A model generated the notes under the pieces. That model did not search any database and was not told the DNA's origin. It saw only the letters and a program-made list of their open reading frames with translations. Shown in pieces: positions 23,601-38,600 of a stretch of 64,000 nt of DNA (the stretch's first letter is position 1; every line of letters begins with the position of its first letter). Origin of the DNA: Somniosus microcephalus (lineage: Eukaryota); NCBI GenBank assembly GCA_052327205.1, contig CM126207.1, positions 183,334,001-183,398,000 on the forward strand, in the 5' to 3' direction. Made by a program: the position numbers and the translations under genes.

Positions 23601-26600
23601 TAGAGACCGCCCAGTTTAGAGACCGCACGGTATAGACATCGCCCGATATAGAGAACGCCCGGTATAGAAACCGCGTGGTATAGAGGCAGTCCGGTATAGA
23701 GAGCACCCAGTATAGAGTCCGCCCGGTATAGAGACCACCTGGTATAGAGACTGTCCAGTATAGACACAGTCCAGAATAGAGAGCACCCAGTATAGAGAGC
23801 GACTGGTATAGAGGCCACCATTGAGGAGTCCACCCGGTATAGAGACCATCCGGTATAGAGACCATCCGGTATGGAATCTGCCCGGTGTGGAGACGGTCCG
23901 GTATAGAGACCACTCATTATAGAGACTGCCCAGTAAAGAGACTGTACAGTATAGAGACAGCCCGGTATAGGGACACCCAGGTATAGAGACCATCCGATAT
24001 ATAGATCGCCTGGTTTAAAGACTGCCCGGTATAGAGACAGCTCGGTGTGGAGGCCGCCCAGTATAAAGACCGCCTGGTCTAGAGAGCATCCGGTGAGGAG
24101 ACTGCCCGATATAGAGACCGTCCTGTATAGAGAACACCTGGTAAAGAGAACGTCCGGTATAGAGACCACCCGGTATAGTGACCATCCGGTATAGTGACTG
24201 CCGGTGCAGTGACTGCCCGGTATAGAGACCATCCTGTCTAGTGACAGCCCGGTGCAGCGACTGCCCGGTATACAGTACGCCCGGTATAAAGACCGCCCGG
24301 TATAGAGACCATTCAGTGTGGAGACTGCCCAGTGTAGAGGCCGCACAGTATAAAGAATGCCTGGTATAGAGACCATCCTGTATAGAAACCACCCGGTGTG
24401 GAGACCGTCTGGTATAGAGAGCACCCTGTATAGAGACTGCATGGTAAAGAAACAGCCTGGTTTAGAGACCGCCCGGTGTGGAGATTGTCCGGTATTCAGA
24501 CTGCCCAGTATAGAAACCACCCGGTATAGAGACCGCCTGGTGTGCTGACCACCCGGTATAGAGACCATTCGGTATAGATACAGCATGGTATAGGGACTGC
24601 CCGGTATAGATACCACTCGTTATAGAGACTGCCCGGTATAGAAATTGCCGAGTATACAGACAGCACGTAGTGGAGACCGCCCGGTATAGAGACCGCCCAT
24701 TATAGACCCCCAATATAGAGACCATCCAGTAAAGAGTTCGCCTGGTATATAGACCACCTGGCATAGAGACCACCTGGTATAGAGACCATCTGGCATAGAG
24801 ACCGCCCGGTGTGGAGACTTTCCACTATAGAGACAGCCCGGTATAGCAACCGCATGGTAAAGAGACTGCCTGGTTTAGAGACCGCCTGGTGTGGTGACCG
24901 CCCGGTATAGTGACCACTTTGTGTAGAGACAGCCCGGTATCGAGACTGTCCATTATAGAAACAGTCCAGAATAGACACCACCCAGTATAGAGACCGCACG
25001 GTATAGACATCGCCCGATATAGAGTCCTCCCGGAATAGAGTCCTCCCGGTATAGAGTCCTCCCAGTATAGATTCCTCCCGGTATAGAGTCCGCCCAGTAT
25101 AGAGGCCGCCCAGTATAGAGACCACCCGGTATAGAGACCGCCCGGTATAGGGAACGCACAGTATAGTGACCAGCCGATAAACAGACCACCTGGTATAATG
25201 ACCGTCCGATATAGAGACCACCCAGTATAGAGACAGCCCAGTATAGAGAACGTCCGTTATAGAGAATGTCTGGTGTGGTGACCACCTGGTATAGGGACTG
25301 CCTGATATAGAGACCGCTCGGTGTAGGGACAGCCCGCTATCGAAACTGTCCAGTATAGAAGCAGTCTGGATTAGAGACCGCCCAGGATAGAGACTGCACG
25401 GTATAGACATCGCCTGATATAGAGACCACCCAGTATAGAAACCACATGGTATAGAGGCAGTCCGGTATAGAAACCGCCCGGTGTGGAGACCGTCCAGTAT
25501 AGAGAATGCCCAGTATAGAGACTGCCCCATATAGTGACCGTCCGGTATATAGACAGCCCGGTATAGGGACCACCCAGTATAGTGAATGCTCATTATAGAG
25601 ACTGCCCAGTATAGAGATCGCCCAGTAGCGAGACAGCCCAGAGTGGAGACCGCCTGGTATAGAGACCGGCCAGTATATAGATCACCCGCTATAGAGACTG
25701 CCCGGTATAGAGACCTTCTGGTGTGGAGACTGTCTGATATAGAGACAACCCGGTATAGAGACCGCCCATTATAGAGACGGTCTGGTAAGTATACCATCCG
25801 GTGTGGAGACCGCACGGTATAGAGACCGTCCGGTATGCAGACCACCCAGTATATAGGCCCCCAATATAGAGACCGTCCAATATTGAGATCGCCTGGTATA
25901 TAGGCTGCCCGGTATAGAGACCGCCTGGTATAGAGACCACCCGGTATAGAGACCACCCGGTGTGGAGACCGTCCACTATAGAGACCGCCCGGTATAGAGA
26001 CCACCTGGTAAAGAGACCGCCATGTTTAGAGACCGCCTGGTGTGGTGACCGCCCGGTATAGAGGGCGCTTTGTGTAGAGACAGCCCGGTATCGAGACTGT
26101 CCAGCATTGAAACAGTCCGGAATAGAGACCGCCCAGTTTAGAGACAGCACGGAATAGACATCGCCCGATATAGAGAATGATTGGTATAGAAACTGCATGG
26201 TATAGAGACAGTCCGGTATAGAGAGCTCCCGATATAGAGCCCTCCCGGTATAGAGACCACCCGGTATAGAGACTGTCCAGTATAGAAACAGTCCGGAATA
26301 GAGGGCGCCCGGTATAGGGAGTGACTGGTATAGAGACCGCTCATGAGGAGTCCACCTGGTATAGAGACCGCCCAGTATAGAGACGGTTCGGTATGGAAAC
26401 CGCCCGGTGTGGAGACAGTCCGGTATAGAGACCGCCCAGTATAGAGACAGCCCAGTAAAGAGACCGTCCAGTATAGAGACAGCCCGGTATAGGGACCCCC
26501 GATATAGAGACTGCCCAGTATAAAGACCACCCGGTATAGAGAGCATCCGGTGAGGAGACCGCCCGATATAGAGACCGTCCTGTATAGAGAACACCCGCTA

Positions 26601-29600
26601 TAGAGACCGTCCAGTATAGAGACCGCCCGGTATGACTGTCTGGTATAGTGACTGCCCAGTGCAGAGACTGCCCGCTATACAGTATGCCCGGTATAAAGGC
26701 CGCCCGGTATAAAGGCCACCCGGTATAGAGACCAATGGGTGTGGAGACCGGCTGGTATAGAGACCACCCGGTATAAAGACCACCCGGTATAGAGACCATC
26801 TGGTATAGAAACCGCACAGTGTGGAGACCGTTCAGTATAGAGACCACCCAGTATAGAGACTGCCTGGTATAGAGACCATTCAGTATATAGACAGCCCAGT
26901 ATAGGGACCGCCCAGTATAGACAGCGCTCTTTATAGAAACTGCCCGGTATCGAGATTGCCCAGTATAGAGACAGCCGGTTTTGGATACTGCCCGGTATAG
27001 AGTCCGCCCGGTATAGAGACTGTCCGGTATGGAGACCGCCCGGTATAGAGAAAGACCATCATAGAGACTGCCCAGTGTGGAGACCGCCCAGTATAGACAC
27101 TGCCCAGTAAACAGACCGACCGATATGTACACCGTCCGGTATAGAGACCGTCCAGTATAGAGACAGGCCGGTATAGAGACCACATGGTATATGGACTGCC
27201 TGGTGTGGAGACCGCCCAGTATAGAGACCGCCGTGTATAGAGACCGCCCAGAATAGAGACCACCCGGTATAGGAGCCACCCGGTATAGAGACCGCCCGGT
27301 GTGGATACAGCCCAGTGTGGAGACCGCCCAGTACAGAGTCCGTCCAGTACAGAGACCGTCCGGTACAGAGACCACCCGGTATGCAGAGTGCCCGGTATAG
27401 AGACCATCCGGTATAGAGACCATCCGGTATAGAGACCATCCGGTATAGATACCATCCAGTATAGAGACCACCCGGTATAGAGACCGCATGGTATAGAGAC
27501 TGCCCAATATAGTGACCAGCCAGTAAACAGACCACCTGGTATAAGGACCGTCTGTTATAGAGAATGTCTGGTGTGGTGACCACCTGGTATAGAGTCCGCC
27601 CGATATAGAGACCGCTCAGTGTAGGGACAGCCCGATATCAAGACTGTCCAGTGTAGAAACAGTGTGGAATAGAGACCGCCCATTATAGAGACCGCACGGT
27701 ATAGACATCGCCCGATAGAGACTGCCCAGTATAGAAACTGCATGGTATAGAGACAGTCCGGTATAGACACCGCCCGGTATAGAGACCACCCAGTATAGAG
27801 ACTGTCCAGTATAGAAAGAGTCCAGAATAGAGACCGCCCGGTATAGAGACCGCTCATGTGGAGTCCGTCCTGTATAGAGACCGCCCGGTATAGAAACCGC
27901 CTGGTGTGGAAACCGTCCAGTATAGAGAACGCCAAGTATAGAGACTGCCCCATACAGAGACCATCGGTATAGAGATAGCCTGGTATAGGGACCGCCCGGT
28001 ATAGAGACCGCTCATTATAGAGACTGCCCGGTATAGATATCCCCCAGTATAGAGACAGCCCGGAGTGGAGACCGCCTGGTATGGAGACCGGCCAGTGTAG
28101 AGATCGCCCGGTATAAAGACTGCCCAGTATAGAGACATTCTGGTGTGGAGCCTGTCTGCTATAGAGATGACCCGGTATGGAGACCACCCAGTATAGAGTC
28201 CATCCGGTATGTAGACCGTCCGATGTGGAGACCATGCAGTATAGAGACCGTCTGGTATGGAGACCACCCAGTATATAGACCCCCGATATAGAGACCGTCC
28301 AGTATAGAGATTGCCTGGTATATAGACCGCCCGGTATAGAGATCACCTGGTATAGAGACCATCAGGTATAGAGACCGCCTGGTGTGGAGACTTTCCACTA
28401 TAGAGACCACCCGGTATAGAGACTGTCCGGTGTGGTCACCGCCCAGTATTGAGACTGTCCGGCATAGAGACCGCCCGGTATAGAGATCACCCACTATAGA
28501 GACCGCACGGCATACAGTCCATCCGGTGTGGAGACTGTCCTGTATAGAGACCACCCAGTATTGAGCGCGCCCAAAATAGAGATGCCCGGAATAGAGGCCG
28601 TCCGGTGTAGAGTCCGCCTGGCATAGAGACCACCCGGTATAGAAAACACCCGGTATAGAGACAACCCGGCATAGGGACTGCCCGGTGTGGAGACCACCCA
28701 GTATAGAGACTGCCTGATATAGCGACCATCTGGTATAGAGAGCGTCCGCGATAGAGACAGCCCGGTATAGGGAGCGCCCAGTATAGAGACCGCCCGATAT
28801 CGAGACTCTCCAGTGTGGTCATTGCCTGGTATAGAGACTAACCGGTATAGAGACCACCCGGTGTGGGGACTGCCTGGTATAGAGACTGCCCGGTATAGAG
28901 ACTGCCTGGTATAGAGACTGCCCGGTATAGAGACCGCCCGGTATAGAGACCATCCAGTGTGGGGACTGTCCTGTATGGAGACCGCCCGTTATAGAGCGTG
29001 CCCAGAATAGAGATGCCCAGTATAGAGACCGTCCAGTGTAGAGTCCACCTGGTGTAGCGACCACCCTGTATAGGAAACACACGGTATAGAGACAACCTGG
29101 CATAAAGACTGCCCAGTGTGGAGACCGCCCAGTATAGAGACTGCCTGATATAGTGACCGTCTGGTATAGAGAGCGTCCACTATAGAGACGGACCGGTATA
29201 GGGAGTGCCCGGTATAGAGACCGCCCGATATAGAGACAGTCCGGTGTGGTCATTGCCTGGTATAGAGACTGCCCGGTATAGAGACCGCCCAGTGTGGGGA
29301 CTGCCTGGCATGGAGACCGCCCTGTGTGTGGACTGCCCAGTATCGAGTCTGCCCGGTATAGAGACTGCCCGGTATAGAGACTGCCCGGTATAGAGATCAC
29401 CCAATATAGAGACCGCCCAGTATAGAGACCATCCAGTATGGGGACAGTCCTGTATAGAGACCGCCCGATATAGAGACAGTCCGCTATAGAGACCATCCGG
29501 TATAGCGACCATACGGTATAGAGACCATCCGGTATAGTGACCATACGGTATAGAGACCATCCGGTATAGAGACCACCCGGTGTGGAGACCGTCCAGTATA

Positions 29601-32600
29601 CAGACCACCCATTATAGAGACCGAATGGTATAGGGACCGCCCAGTATAGGGACCACCCAGTAAAGTGACCAGCTGGTAAACAGACCACCTGGTATATGGA
29701 CTGCCCTGTATAGCGACTACATGGTATAGAGACCGCCCAGTATAGAGATCGCCCAGTATAGAGAATACCTGGTGTGGTGACCACCTGGTATACAGACCGC
29801 CCGGTATAAAGGCGGCCCAGTATAGAGACCGACTTGTATAGAGATAGTCCGGTGTAGTGTCTGCATGGTGCAGAGGCTGCCTGGTATAATGACCGCATGG
29901 TATAGAGACCGCTCGGTGTGGAGACCGCTCGGTATAGAGACCGCCCGTTGTGGAGACTGTCCATTATAGAGACCACCCAGTATAGAGACTGCCTGGTATA
30001 GAGACCATCCAGTATAGAGACAGCCCAGTATAGGGACCGGGTCCCGGTATAGACACCAATCATTATAGAGACTGCCCAGTATAGAGATTGCCCAGTATAG
30101 AGACAGCCTGTTGTGGAGACAGCCCGGTATAGAGACAGCTCGGTATGGAGACCTTCTGGTGTGGTTACCATCCAGGATAGAGACTGCCCGGTCTAGAGAC
30201 GATCTGGTATAGAGATCACCCTCTATGGAGGCCGCCCAGTATAGAAACCGTCCGGTGTAGAGACCACCTGGTATAGAGACAGTCCAGTATAGAGGCCACC
30301 CAGGGTGGAGACTGTCCGGTATAGAGACCACCCAGTATAGAGACCGCCCAGTATAGAGAACACCCACTAGAGACCACCCAGTATAGAGACCATCTGGTAT
30401 AGAGACCGCCCGGTATAGAGACTGCCCGGTATGGAGACCATCTGGCATAGAGACCATCCGGTATAGAGACCACCCAGTATAGAGACCATCCATATAGAGA
30501 CCACCCGGTATAGAGACCATCCTGTATAGAGATCATCCATTATAGATACCATCCAGGATAGAGACTTCCCGGTGTGGTGACCACCCGGTATAGAGACCGT
30601 CCTGTATAGAGACTATCTTGCCTATAGACCTCCCATTGTGGAGACCGTCCAGTATAGTGACTGTCTGGTATAGAGAGCGCCAAGTATAGAGACCACCCGG
30701 TGTAGAGACCGCCCCGTGTAGAGACTGCCCAGTGTAGAGACCACCCTGTGTAGAGACCACCCGGTGTGGAGACCGCCCGGTGTGGAGACTGCCCGGTGTG
30801 GACACCATCCGGTATAGAGACAGCCCAATCTGTAGACAGTCTCACATAGAGACCTTCCAGTACAGAGACAGTCTGGTATAGGGACCACCCAGTGTGGAGA
30901 CTATCTGGTAAAGAGAACACCCGCTATAGAGACCGTCCGGCATAGAGACTGTCTGGTATAAAGACCAGCTGTTGTGGAGACAATCCAGTATAGTGACCGC
31001 CCAGTAAAGAGACCGCCCAGTAAAGAGATCGCCCAGTATAGAGACTGCCCAGTATAGAGACCTCCTGGTATAGAGACCATCCAGTATAGAGACCGTCCAG
31101 TATAGAGACCACCCGATGTGGAGACTATCTGGTATAGAGACCATCTGGTATAGAGACCATCTGGTATAGAGACCATCAGGTATAGAGACCACATGGTATA
31201 GTGACTGCCCAGTATAGAGACCGCCCAGCATAGAGACCACCCGGTGTGGAGGCCACCCGGTGTGGAGGCCGCCCAGTGTGGAGGCCACCCGGTGTGGAGG
31301 CCACCGAGTATAGAGGCAGCCCGGTATAGAGACAGACTTGTATAGAGACTGCCAGTATAGAGACCGCCTGGTATAGTGACCACCCAGTATAGAGACTGCC
31401 TGGTATAGAGACCACCCGGTATAGAGACCGCCTGATGTGGAGACCGTCCTGTATAGAGACCGTCCAGTATAGAGACGGACCGGTATCGAGACTGTTTGAT
31501 ATATAGACCACCTGGTATAGAGACTGCCTGGTATAGAGACCACCCAGTATAGAGACCATCCTGTGTAGAGAGTGCCCAGTATAGAGACCATCCGGTATAG
31601 AGACAGCCCAGTACACAGACCACCCAGTATAGAGACCGTCTGGCATATAGACTGCCCGGTAGAGAGGCCACCCGATATGTACACCATCTGGTATAGAGAC
31701 CATCCCATATAGAAACAGTCCACTATAGAGACCACCTGGTATAGGGACCGCCCGATGTGGAGACTGCACAGTATAGAGACCATCTGGCATAGAGACTGCC
31801 CGGTATAGAGGCCACCCGATATGTACACTGTCCGGTATAGAGACCGTCCCATATAGAGACAGTCCAGTATAGAGACCACCTGGTATAGGGACTGACCAAT
31901 GTGGAGACTGCCTCATATAGAGACTGCCCAGTATAGAGACCATCCAGTATAGAGACTGCCCTGTATAGAGACCGCCCTGTATAGAGACCGCCCTGTATAG
32001 AGACCACCATGTATAGAGACAGCCCGATGTGGAGACCGCCCGGTGTGGAGACCGCGCGGTATAGAGAACGCCTGTATAGAGACCGCACAGTATGGAGACC
32101 ACCCAGTGTGGAGACCGCCCAGTGTGGGGACTGCCCGGTGTGGCGACCGCCCAGTGTGGAGACCATCCGGTATAGAGACCATCCGGTGTGGAGACCATCC
32201 GGTATAGAGACCACTCGGTATAGAGACCACCCGGTATAGAAACCACACAGTAGAGAGACTGCCCTGTATAGAGACCGCCCGGTATTGAGACCGCCCGGTA
32301 CAGAGACCGCACACTATAGGAGCCATCTGGTATAGAGGCCGCCTGGTATAGAGCCCGCACAGTATGGAGACCGCTCGGTGTGGAGACAGCCCGGTGTAGA
32401 GACCACCCAGTGTAGAGACCATCCGGTATAGAGACCGCCCGGTGTGGAGGCTGTCCGATATAGAGAACGTCCGGTATAGAGACCATCTGGTATAGAGACC
32501 GCCCGGTGTGGAGATCGCCCGGTGCGGAGACCACCCGGTGTGGAGTCCACCCGGTATAGAGGCCGCCTGCTATAGAGACCATCCGGTAAAGATACCGCCC

Positions 32601-35600
32601 GGTATAGAGGTCAGCCGGTATAGAGACCGCCCGGTGCGGAGTCCGCCCGGTGTGGAGGCCGCCCGGTGTGGAGACCACCCACTGTGGGGACTGCCCGGTG
32701 TGGAGACCGCCCGGTATAGAGACTGCCCGGTATAGAGACCCCACGGCATAGAGTCCGCCCAGTGTGGAGAACACCCGTTATAGAGACCTCCCTATATATT
32801 CACTGTCTGGTATAGAGACCATCCGGTATAGAGACAGTCCAGTATAGAAACCACACAGTATAGGGTCCGTCCATTATAGAGGCAGCCCTGTATCGAGACC
32901 ACCCGGTTTGGAGACCGCCCGGTATGGAAACCACCCGCTATAGAGACCACCCGGTGGGGAGACCACCCGGTGGGGAGACCGCCCGGTATAGAGTCCGTCC
33001 GGTATAGAGACTGCCCTGTAGAGAGACTGTCTGATATAGAGACCGCCCAGTATAGAGACCATCCTGTATAGAGAACATCTGGTATAGAGATGCCCGATAA
33101 AGAGACCATCCGGTATAGAGATCATCCGTTATAGAGATCATCCGGTATAGAGACCGCCCGGTATAGAGACCACCCGGTATAGAGTCCGCACAGTATAGTG
33201 ACCACCCAGTATAGAGACCGTCCAGTATAGAGACCATCTGGTATAGAGACTGCCCATTGTTTAGGCCGTCCATTATAGTGACCGTCCGGTATAGAGACCG
33301 CCCAGTATAGAGACCGCTCAGTATAGGGACCATCCAGTACAGAGAACGTCCTGTATAGAGACCGCCTGGTGTGGAGGCCATCTGGTATAGAGACCAACTG
33401 GTATAGAGACCGCCTGGTATAGAGACTGCCCGGTATAGAGTCCATCCTGTATAGAGACCATCCAGTATAGAGACCGCCCGATGTGGAGACCACCCAGTAT
33501 AGAGACAGCCCAGTATAGAGAAAGCATTGTATAGAGACTGCCAGTATAGAGACCGCCCGGTATAGTGACTGCCCGGTATAGAGACCACCTGGTATAGAGA
33601 CCACCCGGTGTAGAGACCGCCAGATGTGTAGACCGTCCTGTATAGAGACCATCCAGTATAGAGACGGCCCGGTATCGAGACCGTCTGATATAGAGACCGA
33701 CTGGTATTGAGACCACCCGGTATAGAGAGCACCCAGTATAGAGACAATATGTGTAGAGAGTGCCCGGTATAGAGTCCATCCGGTATAGAGACAGCCCGGT
33801 ACAGAGACCACCCTCTATAGAGACAGTCTGGCATAGAGACTGCCCAGTAGAGAGGCCACCCGATATGTACACCATCTGGTATTGAGACAGTCCCATATAG
33901 AGACAGTCCAGTATAGAGACCACCTGGTATAGGGACCGCCCGATGTGGAGACTGCCCAGTATAGAGACTGCCCAGTATAGAGACCGTCTGGCATAGAGAC
34001 TGCCCGGTATGGAGGGCACCCGATATGTATACTGTCCGGTATAGAGACCGTCCCATATAGAGACAGTCCAGTATAGAGACCACATGTTATAGGGACCGCC
34101 CGATGTGAAGACTGCCCAGTATAGAGACTGCCCGGTATGGAGACCACCCTGTATAGAGACCGCCCTGTATAGAGACCACCCAGTATAGAGACTGCCCTGT
34201 ATAAAGACCGCCCTGTATAGAGACCGCCCTGTATAGAGACAGCCCTGTATAGAGACAGCCCGGTGTGGAGACCGCCCGGTGTGGAGACCGCCTGGTATAG
34301 AGACCGCCCGGTATAGAGACCACACAGTATGTAGACCACCCAGTGTGGAGACCACCCGGTGTGGAGACCGCCCGGTGTGGAGACCATCCGGCATAGAGAC
34401 CGCCCGGTGTGGAGACTGCCCGGTGTGGAGACTGCCCGGTATAGAGAGCACCCAGTATAGAAACCACCCAGTAGAGAGACCGCCTAGTATAGAGACCGCC
34501 CAGTATATAGACCGCCCAGTATAGAGACCACCCAGTATAGAGACTGCCGGTATAGAGACCGCACACTATGGGAGCCATCTGGTATAGAGACCGCCCGGTA
34601 TAGAGATCGCACAGTATGGAGACCGCCCGGTGTGGAGACAGCCTGGTGTGGAGACCGCCCGATGTAGAGACCGCCCGGTGTAGCGACCATCCGGTATAGA
34701 GACCGCCCAGTGTGGAGACCGCCCGGTGTGGAGACCTCCCGGTTTGGAGACCGCCCAGTATAGAGGCCGTCCGATATAGAGATCGTCCGGTATAGAGACC
34801 GTCCAGTATAGAGACTGCCCATTGTGGAGACTGTCCAGTATAGAGACCTCCCGATATATTCACTGTCTGGTATAGAGAACATCCGGTATAGAGACATTCC
34901 GATATAGAAACCACCCGGTATAGCGGCCACCCGGTGTGGAGACTGCCCGGTATAGAGACCACCTGGTTTAGAGACCGCCCATTATAGGGGCCGTCCGGTA
35001 TAGAGGCTGCCCTGTATAGAGACCACCCGGTTTGGAGACTGCCCGGTATGGAAACCACCCGCTATAGAGACCACCCAGTGGGGAGACCACCCGGTGGGGA
35101 GACCGCCCGGTATAGAGTCCGTCCAGTATAGAGACTGCCCAGTAGAGAGACTATCCGATATAGAGACCACCCAGTATAGAGACCATCCTGTATAGAGGCC
35201 GTCTGGTAAAGAGATGCCCAGTATAGAGACCATCCGGTATAGAGATCATCCGTTATAGAGACCATCCGGTATAGAGACCGCCCGGTATAGAGAACACCCG
35301 GTATAGAGTCCACCCAATATAGAGACCACCCGGTATAGAGACCATCCAGTATAGAGACCGTCCGGTATAGAGACTGCCCATTGTGGAGACTGTCCATTAT
35401 AGTGACCATCCGGTATAGAGACTGCCCTATATAGAGACCGCCTGGTATAGGGACCATCCAGTATAGAGAACGTCCTGTATAGAGACCGCCTGGTGTGGAG
35501 ACCGTCCGGTATAGAGAACAACAGGTATAGAGATCGCCTGGTAAAGAGACCACCTGGTATAGAGACCACACGGTGTGGAGACCGCCCGGTGTGGAGACCA

Positions 35601-38600
35601 TCCGGTATAGAGACCATCCGGTTTAGAGACCATCTGGCATAGAGACCACCTGGCATAGAGTATGTCTGGTATAGAGACTGTCCGGTATAGAGACTGCCTG
35701 TTGTGGAGACCTTCCAATATAGTGACCGCCCAGTATAGTGAATGCCCAGTATAGAGACCGTCCAGTGTAGCAACAGCCTGGTATAGAGACCATCCAGTAT
35801 AGAGACCATGTGGTATAGAGACCGCCCGGTGTGGAGACCGTCTGGTATAGAGACCGCACGGTGTATTGTCCGCCCGGTATAGAGACCACTCAGTATAGAG
35901 ACCGCCTGGCATAGAGTCCACCCGGTGTGTAGACCACCCGGTATAGAGATGACCCGATATATTGACCGCCCGGTATAGAGACTGCCCGGTATATGGACCA
36001 CCCAGTATAGGGACCGCCTGGTGTGGAGACTGCCCGGTATAGAGAGAGCCTGGTATAGAGGCTGCCCGGTATAGGGACCGCCCAGTATAGGGGCCGTACG
36101 GTATAGAGACCACCCGGTATAGAGTCCACCCAATATAGAGACCACCCGGTATAGAGACCATCCAGTATAGAGACCGTCCGGTATAGAGACTGCCCATTGT
36201 GGAGACTGTCCATTATAGTGACCATCCAGTATAGAGACCGCCCAATATAGAGACCGCCTGGTATAGGGACCATCCAGTATAGAGAACGTCCTGTATAGAG
36301 ACCGCCTGGTGTGGAGACCGTCCGGAATAGAGAACAACAGTTATAGAGACCGCCTGGTAAAGAGACCACCTGGTATAGAGACCACACGGTGTGGAGACCG
36401 CCCGGTGTGGAGACCATCCGGTATAGAGACCATCTGGTATAGAGACCATCTGGCATAGAGACCACCTGGCATAGAGTATGTCTGGTATAGAGACTGTCCG
36501 GTATAGAGACTGCCTGTTGTGGAGACCTTCCAATATAGTGACCGCCCAGTATAGGGAATGCCCAGTATAGAGACCGTCCAGTGTAGCAACAGCCTGGTAT
36601 AGAGACCATCCAGTATAGAGACCATCCGGTATAGAGACCGCCCGGTGTGGAGACCGTCTGGTATAGAGACCACCCGATATATTGACCGCCCGGTATAGAG
36701 ACCGCCCGGTATAGGGACTGCCCGGTATATGGACCACCCAGTATAGGGACCGCCTGGTGTGGAGACTGCCCGGTATAGAGAGAGCCTGGTATAGAGGCTG
36801 CCCGGTATAGGGACCGCCCAGTATAGGGGCCGTACGGTGTAGAGACCGCCCGGTATAGAGACCATCCAGTATAGAGACCACCCAGTATAGGGACCGCCCG
36901 GTATCGAGACCACCCAGTATAGAGACTGCCCTGTATAGAGACCGCCCGGTATAGAGACCACCCGGTATAGAGATCGCACACTATAGGAGCCATCTGGTAT
37001 AGAGGCCGCCCGGTGTAGTGACCGCACAGTATGGAGACCGCCCAGCATGGAGACCGCCCGGTGTGGAGACCGCACAGTATAGAGACTGCCCGGTATAAAA
37101 AACCCACGTCATAGAGACCGGCCCAGTGTGGAGACCGCCCGGTATAGAGACCTCCGATATGTTCACTGTCTGGTATAGAGACCATCCGGTATAGAGACAG
37201 TCCGGTATGGAAACCACCCGGTATAGAGACAGTCCGGTATGGAAACCACCTGGTAAAGGGACCACCCGGTGTGGAGACTGCCCGGTATAGAGACCGCCCG
37301 GTATAGGGGGCATCCGGTATAGAGGCCACGCTGTATAGAGACCACCCGGTTTGGAGACCGCCTGGTATGGAAACCACCCGCTATAGAGACCACCCGGTTT
37401 GGAGCCCGCCTGGTATGGAAACCACCCGCTATAGAGACCACCCGGTGGGGAGATCTCCCGGTGGGGAGACTGCCCGGTATAGAGTCCGTCCGGTATAGAG
37501 TCTGCCCAGTAGAGAGTCTGTCCGACATAGAGACTGCCCAGTATAGAGACCATCTTGTATAGAGATCGTCTGGTATAGAAATGCCCAGTATAGTGACCAT
37601 CCGTATAGAGATCATCCGTTATAGAGACCATCCGGTATAGAGACCGCCCGGTATAGAGACCACCCGGTATAGAGTCCACACAGTATAGAGACCACCCGGT
37701 ATAGAGACCGTCCAGTATAGAGACCGTCTGGTATAGAGACTGCCCGTTATGGAGACCGTCCATTATAGTGACCGTCCAGTATAGAGATTGCCCAGTATAG
37801 AGACCGCCCGGTATAGGGACCATCCAGTATAGAGACCGTCCGGTATAGAGACCAACAGGTATAGAGACAACCTGGCTTAGAGACCGCCCGTTATAGAGAC
37901 CGCCCGGTATAGGGGGTGTCCGCTATAGAGGCCACCCTGTATAGAGACCACCCGGTTTGGAGACCACCTGGTATGGAAACCACCCGCTATAGAGACCACC
38001 TGGTTTGGAGACCGCCCGGTATGGAAACCACCCACTATAGAGACCACCCGGTGGGGAGATCACCCGGTGGGGAGACCGCCCGGTATAGAGTCCATCCGGA
38101 TTAGAGTCTGCCCAGTAGAGAGTCTCTCTGGTATAGAGACTGCCCAGTATAGAGACCATCCTGTATAGAGACCGTCTGGTATAGAAATGCCCAGTATAGA
38201 GACCATCCGGTATAGAGATCATCTGTTATAGAGACCATCCGGTATAGAGACCGCCCGGTATAGAGACCACCCGGTATAGAGTCCGCACAGTATAGAGACC
38301 ACCCGGTATAGAGACCGTCCAGTATAGAGACCGTCCGGTATAGAGACTGCCCATTATGGAGACCATCCATTATAGTGACCGTCTGGTATAGAGATTGCCC
38401 AGTATAGAGACCGCCCGGTATAGGGACCATCCAGTATAGAGAACGTCCTGTATAGAGACCGCCTGGTGTGGAGACCGTCCGGTATAGAGACCAACAGTTA
38501 TAGAGACCGCCTGGCATAGAGACCGCCCAGTATAGAGACCACCTGGTGTGGAGGCCACCCGGTATAGAGACCATCTGGTATGCAGACCCTATATAGAGAC

